This document shows, piece after piece, positions 10,143 to 21,063 of a stretch of 64,000 bases of DNA. Position 1 is the stretch's first letter; each line of letters opens with the position of its first letter. The DNA comes from Candidatus Marinacidobacterales bacterium (lineage in GTDB: Bacteria; Acidobacteriota; Vicinamibacteria; Marinacidobacterales; SMYC01), in contig OZ250169.1 in NCBI GenBank assembly GCA_965237955.1, positions 2,240,001-2,304,000 of the forward strand, read 5' to 3'. The translations under genes and the position numbers were made by a program. Under the pieces are notes generated by a model. It saw only the letters and a program-made list of their open reading frames with translations, ran no database searches and had not been told where the DNA came from.

Positions 10143-11326
10143 CGATGACCCAGCTTGCGCAAAACGCCAGAAAAGCAGCTCGCTCCCTCAGAACGATGAG
10201 CACGGTACCTAAGAATGAAGCGCTCTTCGCAATGGCGACGGCGCTCCGTGAACACCGGCACGATATCGAAGCCGCCAACGAAGAGGATCGCAAGAGAGAT
10301 CTTCCTGCTGCCAAGAAAGAACGCTTGCGCGTAGACGTTGACGCGATTGCCGAGAGCCTCGACGCCATCGCCAAGCTACCGGATCCCGTCGGTCGCACGG
10401 AAACCCGCGAGCCCGCGGGCGAGTTCCAGCTGAAGCGACAACGGGTGCCGCTCGGCGTGATCCTGATGATCTTCGAGTCCCGCCCGAACGTGACGCCGGA
10501 AGCGGGAGCGCTCTGTCTCAAATCCGGCAACGCCGTCATCCTGAAAGGCGGCTCCGAAGCGCGCCACACCAACGAGGCCATGATGCGCGCCATGGAGGGG
10601 ACGTTCCCCGATGGCGCGATTCAACTCGTGAGCGGTGGTCACGACGAGATCGGTGAGCTTCTCGGACTCGAAGAGCTGATCGATCTCGTCATTCCACGAG
10701 GTGGAGAAGGGCTCATCCGAGCGGTGGCGGCACAGTCGAAGATTCCAGTGTTGAAGCACTACCGGGGAAACTGTCACGTCTACGTGGACGCTGCCGCGGA
10801 CCTCGACATGGCTTATCGCGTCGTCGAAAACGCGAAGTGCCAGCGGCCGGCGACATGCAACGCTGCCGAGAAAGTCCTGATCCATCGTGACATCGCAGAG
10901 CAGTTCGTGCCCCGGTTAGCCGATCTCGGCGTCGAGCTACGCGGAGACGAGGCCGCGCGAGGACTGCTCGACATGAAATTGGCCACGGAAGAAGACTGGC
11001 CGGAAGAATACTTGGACCTCGTGCTCGGCGTGAAGGTAGTCGCGAGCCTGGACGATGCCATCGATCACATCGAGCACTATGGCTCGCGCCACACCGATGC
11101 GATCATCACCGAAGACCGAGCGGCCGCCGAGCGCTTTTTAGGGGAAGTCGATTCGGCCACGGTGCTCTGGAACGCGTCCACACGACTCGCGGATGGGGGG
11201 ATCTTCGGCCTCGGCGCCGAAGTCGGGATCTCGACCGACAAGCTTCACGCCCGAGGCCCCATGGGTCTCGAAGAGCTCACCACCTACAAGTGGGTAGTCG
11301 AGGGTCAAGGAAACTTGCGACAATAG
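10139..11326 (+). CDS. proA: Gamma-glutamyl phosphate reductase
   Basis: FESRPNVT, LKGGSEA, IPRGG, CNAAE, NASTRLADG, ISTDKLHARGPMGL. Confidence 0.97.
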   Translation: MTMTQLAQNARKAARSLRTMSTVPKNEALFAMATALREHRHDIEAANEEDRKRDLPAAKKERLRVDVDAIAESLDAIAKLPDPVGRTETREPAGEFQLKRQRVPLGVILMIFESRPNVTPEAGALCLKSGNAVILKGGSEARHTNEAMMRAMEGTFPDGAIQLVSGGHDEIGELLGLEELIDLVIPRGGEGLIRAVAAQSKIPVLKHYRGNCHVYVDAAADLDMAYRVVENAKCQRPATCNAAEKVLIHRDIAEQFVPRLADLGVELRGDEAARGLLDMKLATEEDWPEEYLDLVLGVKVVASLDDAIDHIEHYGSRHTDAIITEDRAAAERFLGEVDSATVLWNASTRLADGGIFGLGAEVGISTDKLHARGPMGLEELTTYKWVVEGQGNLRQ

Positions 11327-11356
11327 CCACGCAGTCACCTCGAGGAAGGGCGGCAG

Positions 11357-11886
11357 ATGGAATTCCTCTGGCAGGACGTTCGCTACAGTACCCGTAGCCT
11401 GCTGAGAACTCGGGGGCTCACCGCGCTCGTACTGCTCCTGATGGTGCTCATCTCGGGCCTCACCGTCGTCGTCTTCACGTTTCTCAACGCCGCACTCCTC
11501 CGAGCGTTGCCGTTTGCGGACGCGGATCGCCTGGTCATCGTTTTGGAAGCCCACCCGCGGCGCGGCCGTGACGGTGGTGGCCTTCGACCGGCAAATTTCC
11601 TCGATTGGAAATCGCAGAACGCTTGCTTCGAGGGACCGACTGCCGTCCCCAAGTTAGCGCAGGCAGAGCTCAGGGGTGAGAGCGGAGCTCAGCTTGTCGA
11701 CGTGCGCCTCACGCTCGAGGACTTTTTCCAGGTTCTCGGCGTACGACCCTTCCTCGGACGTGCGTTTGACGCAGACGATATGGTGGCGTTGCATTCCTCG
11801 TCGCGGCAACGGCGCTCGTGTCGTGCTACCTGCCCGCGCGCCTCGCCTCGCACGTCGACCCCGCAGAGGCGTTGCGCACGGACTAA
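11357..11886 (+). pseudogene. ADOP-type (Acidobacterial duplicated orphan permease) ABC permease, large internal deletion
   Basis: N-terminus WQDVRYSTRSL...LPFADADRLV; typical C-terminus CYLPARLASHVDPAEALRTD follows in another frame, whole remnant only about 530 bp. Confidence 0.8.
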
Positions 11887-11898
11887 TTAGTGCCTAGC

Positions 11899-13223
11899 TC
11901 ACGCGTCAGCAGTCCGGCGCCAAGGCGATCCGACAATCAGCGCGGCTCCGCCGAGCACGACAGCGACGGGGACGATCCGACGCCCGAGCGCTCCTTCCGC
12001 TCCGATACCACCCAACGCCAGCATCACGACCCCGGCGCAAACTCCGACTGCGCCCGCGATGGCGCGCCACGCGGGAACCGAGGCAGCGGCACCCTTTCTC
12101 GCCGTTTGTTCGAAGCGGCCGAAGACGGGGACGAAGATCGCAAGACCCGCCGCGTAGATCGCTATCCACATCGGGCGCGTCGCCCACCAGCTCCACGTTC
12201 CCGGTCGAAGATGGAGGCCCACGTCGCCCAACAGGTGAGCCAAACCGATGACGAGGACCATCACCGTGAGGTGCCACAAGTAGAGCGTCATGATCGTCCC
12301 GTTGACGAGGACGGTCGCTGTCCATGGCCCGAGTCGTTGCAGCCATCGACGAAACGGTTTTTCCAGAGCGAACACCAAACCGCCTTGGAAAATTCCGAGA
12401 GCGAACATCGCGAACGTCGGGGGTCTCGAGTTCGACACCGCTTCGCCGGGGACGGTGATCATGCTGATCGGATAGTCGGCCACGGTGACGAGAAAGATCA
12501 GCGTTCCGAGACCTCCTGTGACCCAAAGCCAGGCGCGCTCGGCGCCGGCGGTTTTTCCAGCGCGCCACAGGTACCCGAGCTGATGCACGCCGAGCCAAAT
12601 GAACGCGTAGTTGATCCAACGAAGTCCGGAGACGTCGGCGCGAAAGGCGATCGTATCGACTATCAAAGCGCCGAACGCGAGCATCCAGAAAGATGCCGCA
12701 CCGAACCGCCGAAAAACCAATGCGTGGCCGGTGCCGTGATCGCTACCATGATGTAGACCGCAAGGAACCAAGTCGGGATGAGCGCCGCTTGCGAGCCGAT
12801 ACGGATCATCTCCGGGTGGACGCCGAGCTGGTGCGCGATCACAGCGATGGCCGACCACGTCAAAAGAAGCGGGACGAGTGGGCCGACCAACCGTCTCAGC
12901 CGCGTGCCGATCCAAACCGCGTAGTCTTTGCCGTCCCGCCGCGCGGCCTCCCAGGAAATGCCGTTCGAGTAACCTCCGACGATGAAGAAGATCGGCATGA
13001 CCTGGAGAACCCACGTGAGCCACTGCGTCCACGGCGCAAGGCTCAACATGTCGCCAAGCTGGAGCTGACCATCGTCGGAGACGTACGCCGCCGCCACCGA
13101 CCAGTGGCCGAGCACGACAATGGTAATGGAAGCGGCGCGTAGAAAATCGACGTAGCGGTTGCGCGTTTCCGGCGTGCGCTCGGCGAGAGTCCTGGCTCGA
13201 GACCACACTGTCGGCTTGGACAT
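11899..13223 (-). pseudogene. Acyltransferase family 3 membrane protein, frameshift near 12715
   Basis: RNRYVDFLRA..VVLGHW, QVMPIFFIVGG, WFLAVY; then HQLGY, SNSRPP, MTLYLWH in a second frame. Confidence 0.85.
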
Positions 13224-13429
13224 GGCGCACCGCCCTCCGCGGCTAAAGAAAGGATTTCAAGAAGAATAGGACACTCGAGACCTCTAGGGCAAGCCGGGCA
13301 ACACCAAAATCAGATAAGCTCGCGACGCAAGAGGTGACGATGCTCCACAATTTTGGCCGCGGCGTGATCGGACTCGTGTTCGGTTTTTTTTCCTGACTCT
13401 CCCGAGCTACGCCGCCCAGAAGGTCATCC

Positions 13430-13905
13430 CCCAAAAAGTCATCATTGACACCGACCCGGAGTCGACGACGCGCTGGCCATTATCTTCGCCTTTCACTCAA
13501 CGGAGCTCGAGGTCCTCGGCCTGACGACGATTTTCGCCAACGTCGAGACAGAGCTGACGCTCAACTCCCTTCGCCTGGTCGAGATGAGCGGCAAGAACAT
13601 CCCGGTCGCCGAAGGCGCGGTCAAGCCCGTGTACATGCTATCGCTCCGTCGGCGCCACGAACGGTTTCTACGCGCACGATCCGACCGCCATGGCCTTCGT
13701 CGTCGATCGGAGTCTATTTCGAACGGAAGCTAGAGCGGTGCGAGTCATCACCGGTGGCATGGCCATCCGCGAAGTGATCGCCGCCACCGAGCGTCACTAA
13801 AGCCAACCCGGCCCGTGGTACAACATCCCCAAAGCCAACATCACCATGGAAGTCGACGGCCAGGGCGTTTTGGATCTCATCGAAAAGACGATCACAGACC
13901 GGTAG
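13430..13905 (+). pseudogene. Nucleoside hydrolase remnant
   Basis: KVIIDTDP(G)VDDALA, GLTTIFANV, IPVAEGA, HDP motifs spread over several frames with deletions. Confidence 0.75.
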
Positions 13906-13969
13906 ACGTACCTCATCTACCCGGTGTGTTGCCAGATCGCATAGAATCCCCGCCTGGGAGAATGAGCTG

Positions 13970-15592
13970 ATGAAGGACACACTAATAATGAAGCTACAAA
14001 ACGGCTGCTGGGCGCTCGGACTTTTGGCGCTCTCGGTATCCGCATCGGCCGCAGAGTCGCTGGACGCCTCTCCGGACGCTCGGCTCGATGAGCTGAAGCG
14101 CGAAGCCTCGGCGGAAGTCGAGAGCATGCGGAAATTTACCCAGGTCGCGGTCGACACGATCTTCAGCTACGGCGAGCTCGGTTTTCAAGAGTTCGAGACG
14201 TCACGCTACCTAACCGGATTACTCGCCGAGAATGGCTTCGACGTAGAAATGGGGATGGCGGGCATGCCCACCGCGTGGATGGCGCGTTGGGGATCGGGAG
14301 AGCCCGTCATCGCGTTCGGGAGCGATATCGACGGCATTCCCAAGTCGTCTCAAAAGCCAGGTGTCGCTTACCACGACCCGATCATCGAGGGTGCGCCCGG
14401 GCACGGTGAGGGACACAACTCAGGCCAGGCGGTCAACGTTACGGCTGCACTCGTTCTGAAGAAGATCATGGAGCGCGAGGGAATTCCGGGAACACTCATT
14501 CTCTGGCCTGGAGTTGCGGAAGAGCAGCTCGGATCGAAAGCGTGGTTCGTGAGGGACGGCTACTTCAAAAACGTCGATGCATGTGTGTTCACGCACGTCG
14601 GCCGCAACTTGGAAACGAGCTGGGGCCAGAAAAGCGGCAACGGGCTCGTGTCGGTGGAATACACGTTCCGGGGCGAGTCGTCCCATTCGGCGGGCGCGCC
14701 GTGGAGCGGTAGGAGCGCTCTCGACGGGGTCGAGCTCATGAACGCCGCCATGAACGCACGTCGTGAGCACTTGCGGCTTTCGCAGCGAACCCACTACGTC
14801 ATTACCAACGGCGGTGACCAGCCGAACGTCGTGCCCTCGGTCGCTTCCGTCTGGTATTACTTCAGAGAGCTCGATCAGCCGAACATCCAGCGCTTGTTCG
14901 AAATCGGCAACCAAGCTGCCAAAGCGGCCGCGATGATGACGGACACGGAAGTGGAGTGGCGCATTCTCGGCACCGCTTACCCGGGCCACTTCAACAAAGC
15001 GATCGCCGAAGCGCTGTACGAGAATATTCAAGTCGTGGGACTTCCACAGTGGAGCGAAGCGGATCAGAGATTGGCGAAAGCGCTTCAAAAAGAGATGGGC
15101 GCCGAGCCCGACGGGCTCGCGACCGAGCTTGCCGAGCTCACCGGGCCTGCTAAGGAGCCTCGGACCGGCGGCGGCTCGGACGATATCGGGGATATTTCTT
15201 GGAACGTGCCCACGGTAACGCTTCGGTTCCCGTCCAACTTCCAGACGGGCGGGGGCGGCCATCACTGGTCGAGCGCGGTCGCGATGGCGACTCCGATCGC
15301 TCACAAGGGCGCGACCGCCGGCGCCAAAGTCATGGCGATGACGGCACTCGACCTGTATCTGAACCCTGCCGTTCTCGAGGAGGCGCGCGCATACTTCCGC
15401 AACGTCCAAACCAAGGATCACGAGTACGCGCCTTTCATCTCCGACGACGATTTGCCGGCGATTCACCTCAACGAGGAGATCATGGCCAGGTATCGCGACG
15501 AAATGAAGATGTACTATTACGATTCCGACAAGTACGATACGTACTTGGAGCAGCTCGGTATCGACTACCCCACGGTTCGAGAAGAAAACTAG
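13970..15592 (+). CDS. M20 family amidohydrolase (AbgB-like) with signal peptide
   Basis: ELGFQEFET, GHGEGHN, VAEE, GESSHSAGAPW.GRSALD, GGSDDIGDISW. Confidence 0.9.
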   Translation: MKDTLIMKLQNGCWALGLLALSVSASAAESLDASPDARLDELKREASAEVESMRKFTQVAVDTIFSYGELGFQEFETSRYLTGLLAENGFDVEMGMAGMPTAWMARWGSGEPVIAFGSDIDGIPKSSQKPGVAYHDPIIEGAPGHGEGHNSGQAVNVTAALVLKKIMEREGIPGTLILWPGVAEEQLGSKAWFVRDGYFKNVDACVFTHVGRNLETSWGQKSGNGLVSVEYTFRGESSHSAGAPWSGRSALDGVELMNAAMNARREHLRLSQRTHYVITNGGDQPNVVPSVASVWYYFRELDQPNIQRLFEIGNQAAKAAAMMTDTEVEWRILGTAYPGHFNKAIAEALYENIQVVGLPQWSEADQRLAKALQKEMGAEPDGLATELAELTGPAKEPRTGGGSDDIGDISWNVPTVTLRFPSNFQTGGGGHHWSSAVAMATPIAHKGATAGAKVMAMTALDLYLNPAVLEEARAYFRNVQTKDHEYAPFISDDDLPAIHLNEEIMARYRDEMKMYYYDSDKYDTYLEQLGIDYPTVREEN

Positions 15593-15641
15593 TGGCGGGA
15601 TCCGCCGCCGGTTGCGTAGTCCTAGACGAAGGAGAGTCACC

Positions 15642-16469
15642 ATGACGGTCGCGCTTCCCAAAGCACCAGCGGTGGATCGCGAGTCGCTTAGAGCCGCAAT
15701 CCGCGAGGAATATCAGGAAGTTGCAAGGGAGCCCGGCAAGGGCTTTCACTTTCATACCGGACGTCGTCTTGCCGCCATTCTCGGCTACGACGAATCGTTG
15801 TTCGCGGGTGTACCGGAGACATCCATCGAGTCGTTCGCGGGAACCGGCAACCCGTTCAGTTTGGGAGCTCTCGATCCAGGAGAAAACGTCGTCGACATCG
15901 GCTGCGGCGCCGGTATCGACAGCCTCATCGCCGCACGCATGGTCGCGCCAAACGGCAAGGTCATCGGGATCGACATGACCCCCGCCATGCTCGACAAGGC
16001 AGAAAACGCTCGGCAAGAGGCAGGCGTAACCAACGCGGAGTTCAAAGAAGGCTACGGCGAGAAGCTCCCCGTGTCCGATGGGTGGGCCGATGTCGTGATC
16101 TCGAACGCTGCTTTCAACCTCATGCCCGACAAGCTGGCGGCGCTGAGAGAAATGTCGCGGGTGTTGAAGCCCGGCGGACGATTGCAGCTCGCCGACATCC
16201 TCGTTGAAAAGCCTGTGAACGAGAAAGCCAAGGAGCGCATCGACCTCTGGACTGGGTGAATCGCCGGCGCTCTGCTGGAAGCAGAGCTCGAGGCGGCGGT
16301 TGGCTCGACGGGTTTCGAGGGTTTCGAGATTACCTGGCGGGAGGAAGTTTTCCGCGACGCACCGCAACAATCGAGCGCGGCGAGCTTCGTTACTCTCGGC
16401 ATCAACTTCCGAGCACGGAAGCCGTCATTAGCTCGGCATCAATCAACGGCGACCCCTGAGTATCTTTAG
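15642..16469 (+). CDS. ArsM-like SAM-dependent methyltransferase, probable selenoprotein (UGA at 16257-16259)
   Basis: VDIGCGAGID, GIDMTPAML, RVLKPGG; frame continues past TGA as LWTG-U-IAGAL...INFRARKP to TAG 16467; SECIS-like hairpin; RBS GAAGGAG. Confidence 0.8.
16260..16298 (+). promoter_or_regulatory. Putative bacterial SECIS element
   Basis: Stem GCTCTGCT (16269-76) / AGCAGAGC (16280-87) with GGA loop, 17 nt between UGA and loop; lower stem CGCCG/CGGCG. Confidence 0.75.
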
Positions 16470-16479
16470 CCCAGCTCGC

Positions 16480-17631
16480 TCAGCCGACGCGGTCGAGGGC
16501 GTCTTCTAGATCGCGCGTCATCACATCGACGTCCTCGAGTCCGACACTCAGTCGAATGATGGTCCGGCCTTCATAGCGGAACGGATGCACGCGGTCGGTG
16601 ATGCGCTCAGCTTTGATAAGGCTTTGAAAGCCTCCCCAGCTCAAGCCGATGGCGAAGACCTGCAGCGGGTCGAGAAACGTCGAGAGCTGCGCGCGCGAGA
16701 GCTCTCTTTCGAGGATGAACCCGAACACACCCGTGGCTCCGGTCATGTCGCGTCGCCACACGTCGTGCTCTGGATCGCTCTCGAGCGCCGGGTGGATCAC
16801 GGTCTCGACCGCAGGATGCTCGTCGAGCCACTTCGCGAGCTCGAGCGCCGATGCCTGGTGCCGAGCCAGACGCAAAGGTAACGATCGAAGTCCTTTCAAG
16901 GCCGAGTAACAGCTCTCGGGCGAAGCGAAATGCTCAGTCGATTCATAGAAGGAGTGGAGCTCTTGGAATCGTTCCTCGTTGGTCGTGATCACTCCCAGCA
17001 GGGTGTCGGAGTGGCCTGCGATATATTTGCTTCCCGAGTGGATCGAAATGTCCACACCGTGCTCGAACGGTTTGAAGTAGATCGGTGTCGCCCAGGTGTT
17101 GTCGAGGACGGTCACGATGTCCTTCGGCCGCACGACGTCGACGACCGCGCGGACGTCTTGGAGCTCGAAAGTATTGGAGCCAGGGGACTCGAGATACACG
17201 AGCTTGGTGTTCCGTTTTATGAAGCGCTCCACATCGGCGCCGATGGTAGGCGGCAAGTACTCGACCTCGACTCGATATTTCGCCAGAACGCGGTCACAAA
17301 AATCGCGAGTCGGACCGTAGACGTTGTCGCTTACCAGGATATGGTCATCGCTTCTCGTGAATGCCATCAAGACCGTCTCGATGGCATCGAAACCCGAGTG
17401 GCACACCCGGCATGCGTAGCCGCCTTCGAGCTCCGCCAACGCCCGTTCGAGCTCGAGCTGTACCGGCGAGCCGAACGTTCCGTAGAGCTTTCCGTGAAAG
17501 GGTTTTTGGTCGGCCTCGATAAACGCCTCGTAGCTCTCGTACAAGACCGTAGACGCTCGATGCACCGGAGGATTGATCGTGTGAAACGGATCCGCCTGGT
17601 GAAACTTCTTGTTCTTTTCGTTCTCTACCAT
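16480..17631 (-). CDS. metC: Cystathionine beta-lyase
   Basis: NPPVHRASTV, ESPGSNTFE, DNTWATP, PLP lysine HSGSKYIAGHSD, IGLSWGG, IRLSVGLED. Confidence 0.88.
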   Translation of the reverse strand: MVENEKNKKFHQADPFHTINPPVHRASTVLYESYEAFIEADQKPFHGKLYGTFGSPVQLELERALAELEGGYACRVCHSGFDAIETVLMAFTRSDDHILVSDNVYGPTRDFCDRVLAKYRVEVEYLPPTIGADVERFIKRNTKLVYLESPGSNTFELQDVRAVVDVVRPKDIVTVLDNTWATPIYFKPFEHGVDISIHSGSKYIAGHSDTLLGVITTNEERFQELHSFYESTEHFASPESCYSALKGLRSLPLRLARHQASALELAKWLDEHPAVETVIHPALESDPEHDVWRRDMTGATGVFGFILERELSRAQLSTFLDPLQVFAIGLSWGGFQSLIKAERITDRVHPFRYEGRTIIRLSVGLEDVDVMTRDLEDALDRVG

Positions 17632-17733
17632 GGGGCTCGCCGCGGCAATACTGCACGAAGACCAGCTCGAGCATCAAGCTGCCGGGCTTTCCAGATCGGA
17701 TGTTTCTCGTCCCGACCCATCCGCTGAGCCGGA

Positions 17734-18246
17734 CTAGTCGACGATGCCGGTCTCCGAGCGATAGTAGCCTTCGATCGTCAATTGTTTGATTTGTGTGAGA
17801 AAGGCGTAACCCTTTGGCTCGTGGGATCGGCTCGTGTCCGAGATTGCCGCGAGCAACCGGTGTTGCTGGTCGCGGTCGAGCTCGGTGAAAGGTTTCCGCA
17901 TCGATCGGGAGACATGCTCGTCGAGCCACGAGAGCCCTTCGTTGAAACTGGTTTGGACAGCTGGCTCGGCTCGACTGAGAGCGAGGTCGATGTACTCGAG
18001 GACCGCCCCATCACGAGCGCCGGGGGGCCAAGGCCCGAGGATGACACATTCGGACAGACTGGCGACGGTCTCGACGTCCCCAGGTTCGAGAAACCGTGGC
18101 TGCCACGACGCTCCCGCGGCTACCCGGACGAGCGGGTCGTTTCTCAAAGCAGGGGGGACAAGCGGGAGCGCGGATGCGGAACCGAGAAAGCGTAACGCTT
18201 CCCGCCGGCTGAAACCGGAGCCCTGTCGGTGTTTTCCGGACGGCAT
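17734..18246 (-). CDS. Gluconate 2-dehydrogenase subunit 3-like protein, Tat signal; C-terminus possibly truncated
   Basis: SRREALRFL Tat motif; PGARD...YIDL; TIEGYYRSE. Confidence 0.65.
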   Translation of the reverse strand: MPSGKHRQGSGFSRREALRFLGSASALPLVPPALRNDPLVRVAAGASWQPRFLEPGDVETVASLSECVILGPWPPGARDGAVLEYIDLALSRAEPAVQTSFNEGLSWLDEHVSRSMRKPFTELDRDQQHRLLAAISDTSRSHEPKGYAFLTQIKQLTIEGYYRSETGIVD

Positions 18247-18306
18247 GGTTTGCCTCCTTAGCTACAGCACCAGTCGGGAACTCGAATGGCTTACTGTATG
18301 TTGGCC

Positions 18307-18609
18307 CTAGGTTCGATCGCAAGCGACGTAGGCGTCGATGACAGCGCGCTCGCCCGCCTTGCCGGGCATCGAGTTGCCGTGCTCCATGCCGACGATACCT
18401 CGATACCCCTTGGCCTCGTCGTGCATGAACCGGAGCTGGTCGACCCGATCCTCGCCGGCGTGATGCCGGAACATCCCGAAATGCGGAGCGTAGTCGAGGC
18501 CAAACCGCGTGCTTCCAGCAGACTGCGCGCCGCCGCCCCATGGGGGCCACGCCGGAAGCGCCGCCGCCAGGGTCGAGACCCCCGTACCGAGAAATGCTCT
18601 CCGGTGCAC
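18307..18609 (-). pseudogene. Hydroxypyruvate isomerase-like TIM barrel, internally deleted
   Basis: Tat signal + YAPHFGMFRHHAGED...FMHDE fused in frame to C-terminal KGYRGIVGMEHGNS; only 100 aa. Confidence 0.7.
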
Positions 18610-18731
18610 GGGGGCTATTCGTATCAGTCTTCTACACGCCGGTCAACGTCGCTCGGTCTCGTTGTTTTCGACGGTTGCGGATCGGTCAGGCGTCGACGAC
18701 AATGGCGCCGCGCCGCCACAAGGGAGGGGAC

Positions 18732-20551
18732 ATGATGAAGCCGAGACTCTTTGCGCGAGGATGGTTCCTTGGATTGGCCTCGCTGTTGTGGACGGTGACC
18801 AGCACTGAGGCGGCCGCGGCGCTACGACATCCTCTCGATGCGCTCGAGGCCGTCGAATACGAGGCAACCCTCCACATACTGGCGGAGTCTGGTCGCGTTG
18901 GCGAAAAGACTCTTTATCAGCTCATCACGCTCCGTGAGCCGTCGAAGGATTTCGTCAAAACGTGGAAGCCCGGTGAGCCGATACCGCGCTCCGCTTTCGC
19001 CGTCATCAAGGAGGGCCCGCGGACGTTCGAAGCCGTCGTCGATCTCGATGCCAAAAAGCTCAGCGACTGGCGCGAGGTGGAAGGCGTGCAGCCCGGCATT
19101 CTGTTAGACGAGTGGTCTCTGGCGGGGGAGTTGACGGTGAGCGATCCGCGCTGGCAAAAAGCGATGCACAAACGCGGCGTTACGGATTTCGAGCAAGTGT
19201 TTTGCCTGCCGCTCTCCGCGGGTTATTACAACATCCAGGACGAAGAAGGCCGGCGCCTCGTGAAAGTTCCTTGTAACGATCTACGCGGCTCCAAGACCAA
19301 CATCATGGGAAAGCCGATCGGGGGCGTTTTCGCCATCGTCGACCTCAACGCGCGCGAAGTCGTCGACGTCATCGACACCGGTGAGATTCCAATTCCGGAC
19401 GACTCCGCAAACTACGATCGGGATTCGCTCAGGCGAGTTGAAAGAGCCGCTCAAGCCGGTTCAGCACTCGTCGCCTCGAGGCAACAACTTCACCGTCGAT
19501 GGCATGTCCTGGTCGTTTCATTTCCGCATGGACAAGCGAGCCGGTCTCGTGGTCTCGCTCGCCGGCTACGAAGACGACGGAACGACCCGGCCGGTGATGT
19601 ATCAGGGCTACTTGTCCGAGATCTTCGTGCCCTACATGGACCCAGTCGTGGATATGTACTGGCGGACGTTCATGGACGTCGGCGAGTACGGACTCGGGTT
19701 GCTGGCGACGTCGCTCACGAAACAAAGCGATTGCGCGGCGAATGCCGTCTATTTTCCGGCGGTGCTGCAGATGCTTGGCGACGGCAAACCGGTGACGCTC
19801 GACGACGCGATTTGCCTGTTCGAGCGCAACGACGGCAACCCGTCGTGGCGTCACGCCGAGTGGATCAACGAGACGCACGAGAGCCGGCCGAAAGTCGATC
19901 TCGTGCTGCGCATGGCTTCGACGATCGGCAACTACGACTACTTTCTCGATTGGGTGTTCACCCAGGCGGGCGAGATCCGCGTCGCAGTGGGAGCGACCGG
20001 CATCGACCTGGTGAAAGCGGTCGCCTCGAAAACGATGTCTGACGCGACCGCCGCCGCGGACACGCGCTACGGCACCCTGGTCGCGCCGAACGTCGTCGCG
20101 CCCTACCACGATCACTTCTTCAACTTTCGTCTCGACCTGGATGTCGATGGTCCCGCGAACAGCTTCGTCAAGGACGCGGTGGTGCCGAAGGAGCTCGACG
20201 CGGATCATCCGCGGAAGAGTATTTGGGTCATCGACTCGCAAACCGTAAAACGAGAAAAAGCGCGGGGCATTTACCAACTACCACGTCTGGGTCACGCCCT
20301 ACGATGAAGCTCAAAAATTTGCGGGTGGCGATTACGTCAACCAGAGCAAGGGCGATGACGGGCTCGCGGTGTGGACACGTGCCGACCGTTCGGTCGAGAA
20401 CACCGATCTCGTCGTGTGGTACACGCTCGGCATGCGCCACATCACCGCGGCAGAGGACTGGCCGGTGCTGCCGACGAAATGGACCTCGTTCACTCTGAGA
20501 CCGTTCAATTTCTTCAATCGCAGCCCGGTGATCGATCTTCACTCGGAGTAG
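18732..20551 (+). pseudogene. Copper-containing amine oxidase, frameshifts near 19430 and 20265
   Basis: HPLDAL; TPQ consensus IGNYDY; Cu ligands YHDHFF and GMRH..AEDWPV. Confidence 0.9.
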
Positions 20552-20562
20552 CAGAACGATCG

Positions 20563-21058
20563 ATGCGTATCCGTGAACGCTGGCTCCTAACGACGTTTCT
20601 GGTGATGACGTCGAGCAACGCGTTCACCGCGGATCAACCGAACATCGTGCTCATCGTCGCGGACGATCTCGGTTGGAACTACCCCCAGGACATCTCCTGT
20701 AACGCCAACATGCAGCAACCAGGTCATCTCTATGCGTGCAAAGCCGCGGTCATGGCGAGATGCGCAGGCGCCCAGGATCGCTTCTGGGAAATGCATGACG
20801 CCATCTTTGCTCTACCGGAGCTCAGTGTGATCGCGCTCGACGCGTTGCCGGACGATCGGGCTGTCGGCAGAGGCGTTCGCGACGTGCGTCGCAAGTGACG
20901 ACGTCATGCGAGATCTACAGGCCGACATCGATCAAGGCAAGACGTTCGGAGTGACCGGTACGCCAGCGGTCTTCATCAACGGACGCAAGTTGTCATCGTT
21001 CCGGGCGCAGACTCTTGCCGCGATCATCGATCACATCGTCTTGGACGGCGATCGATAG
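20563..21058 (+). pseudogene. Chimeric remnant: sulfatase N-terminus fused to DsbA-like C-terminus
   Basis: Signal + QPNIVLIVADDLGW, then ACKAA..ARCA..QDRFWEMHD, and GVTGTPAVFINGR in the next frame. Confidence 0.65.
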
Positions 21059-21063
21059 CCCCC

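Noticed and set aside
17731-17740. GGACTAG, and CTAGCCCC at 53132, as further MITE/IS630 ends
   Set aside because: Only 7-8 nt match, with no continuation and no partner end.
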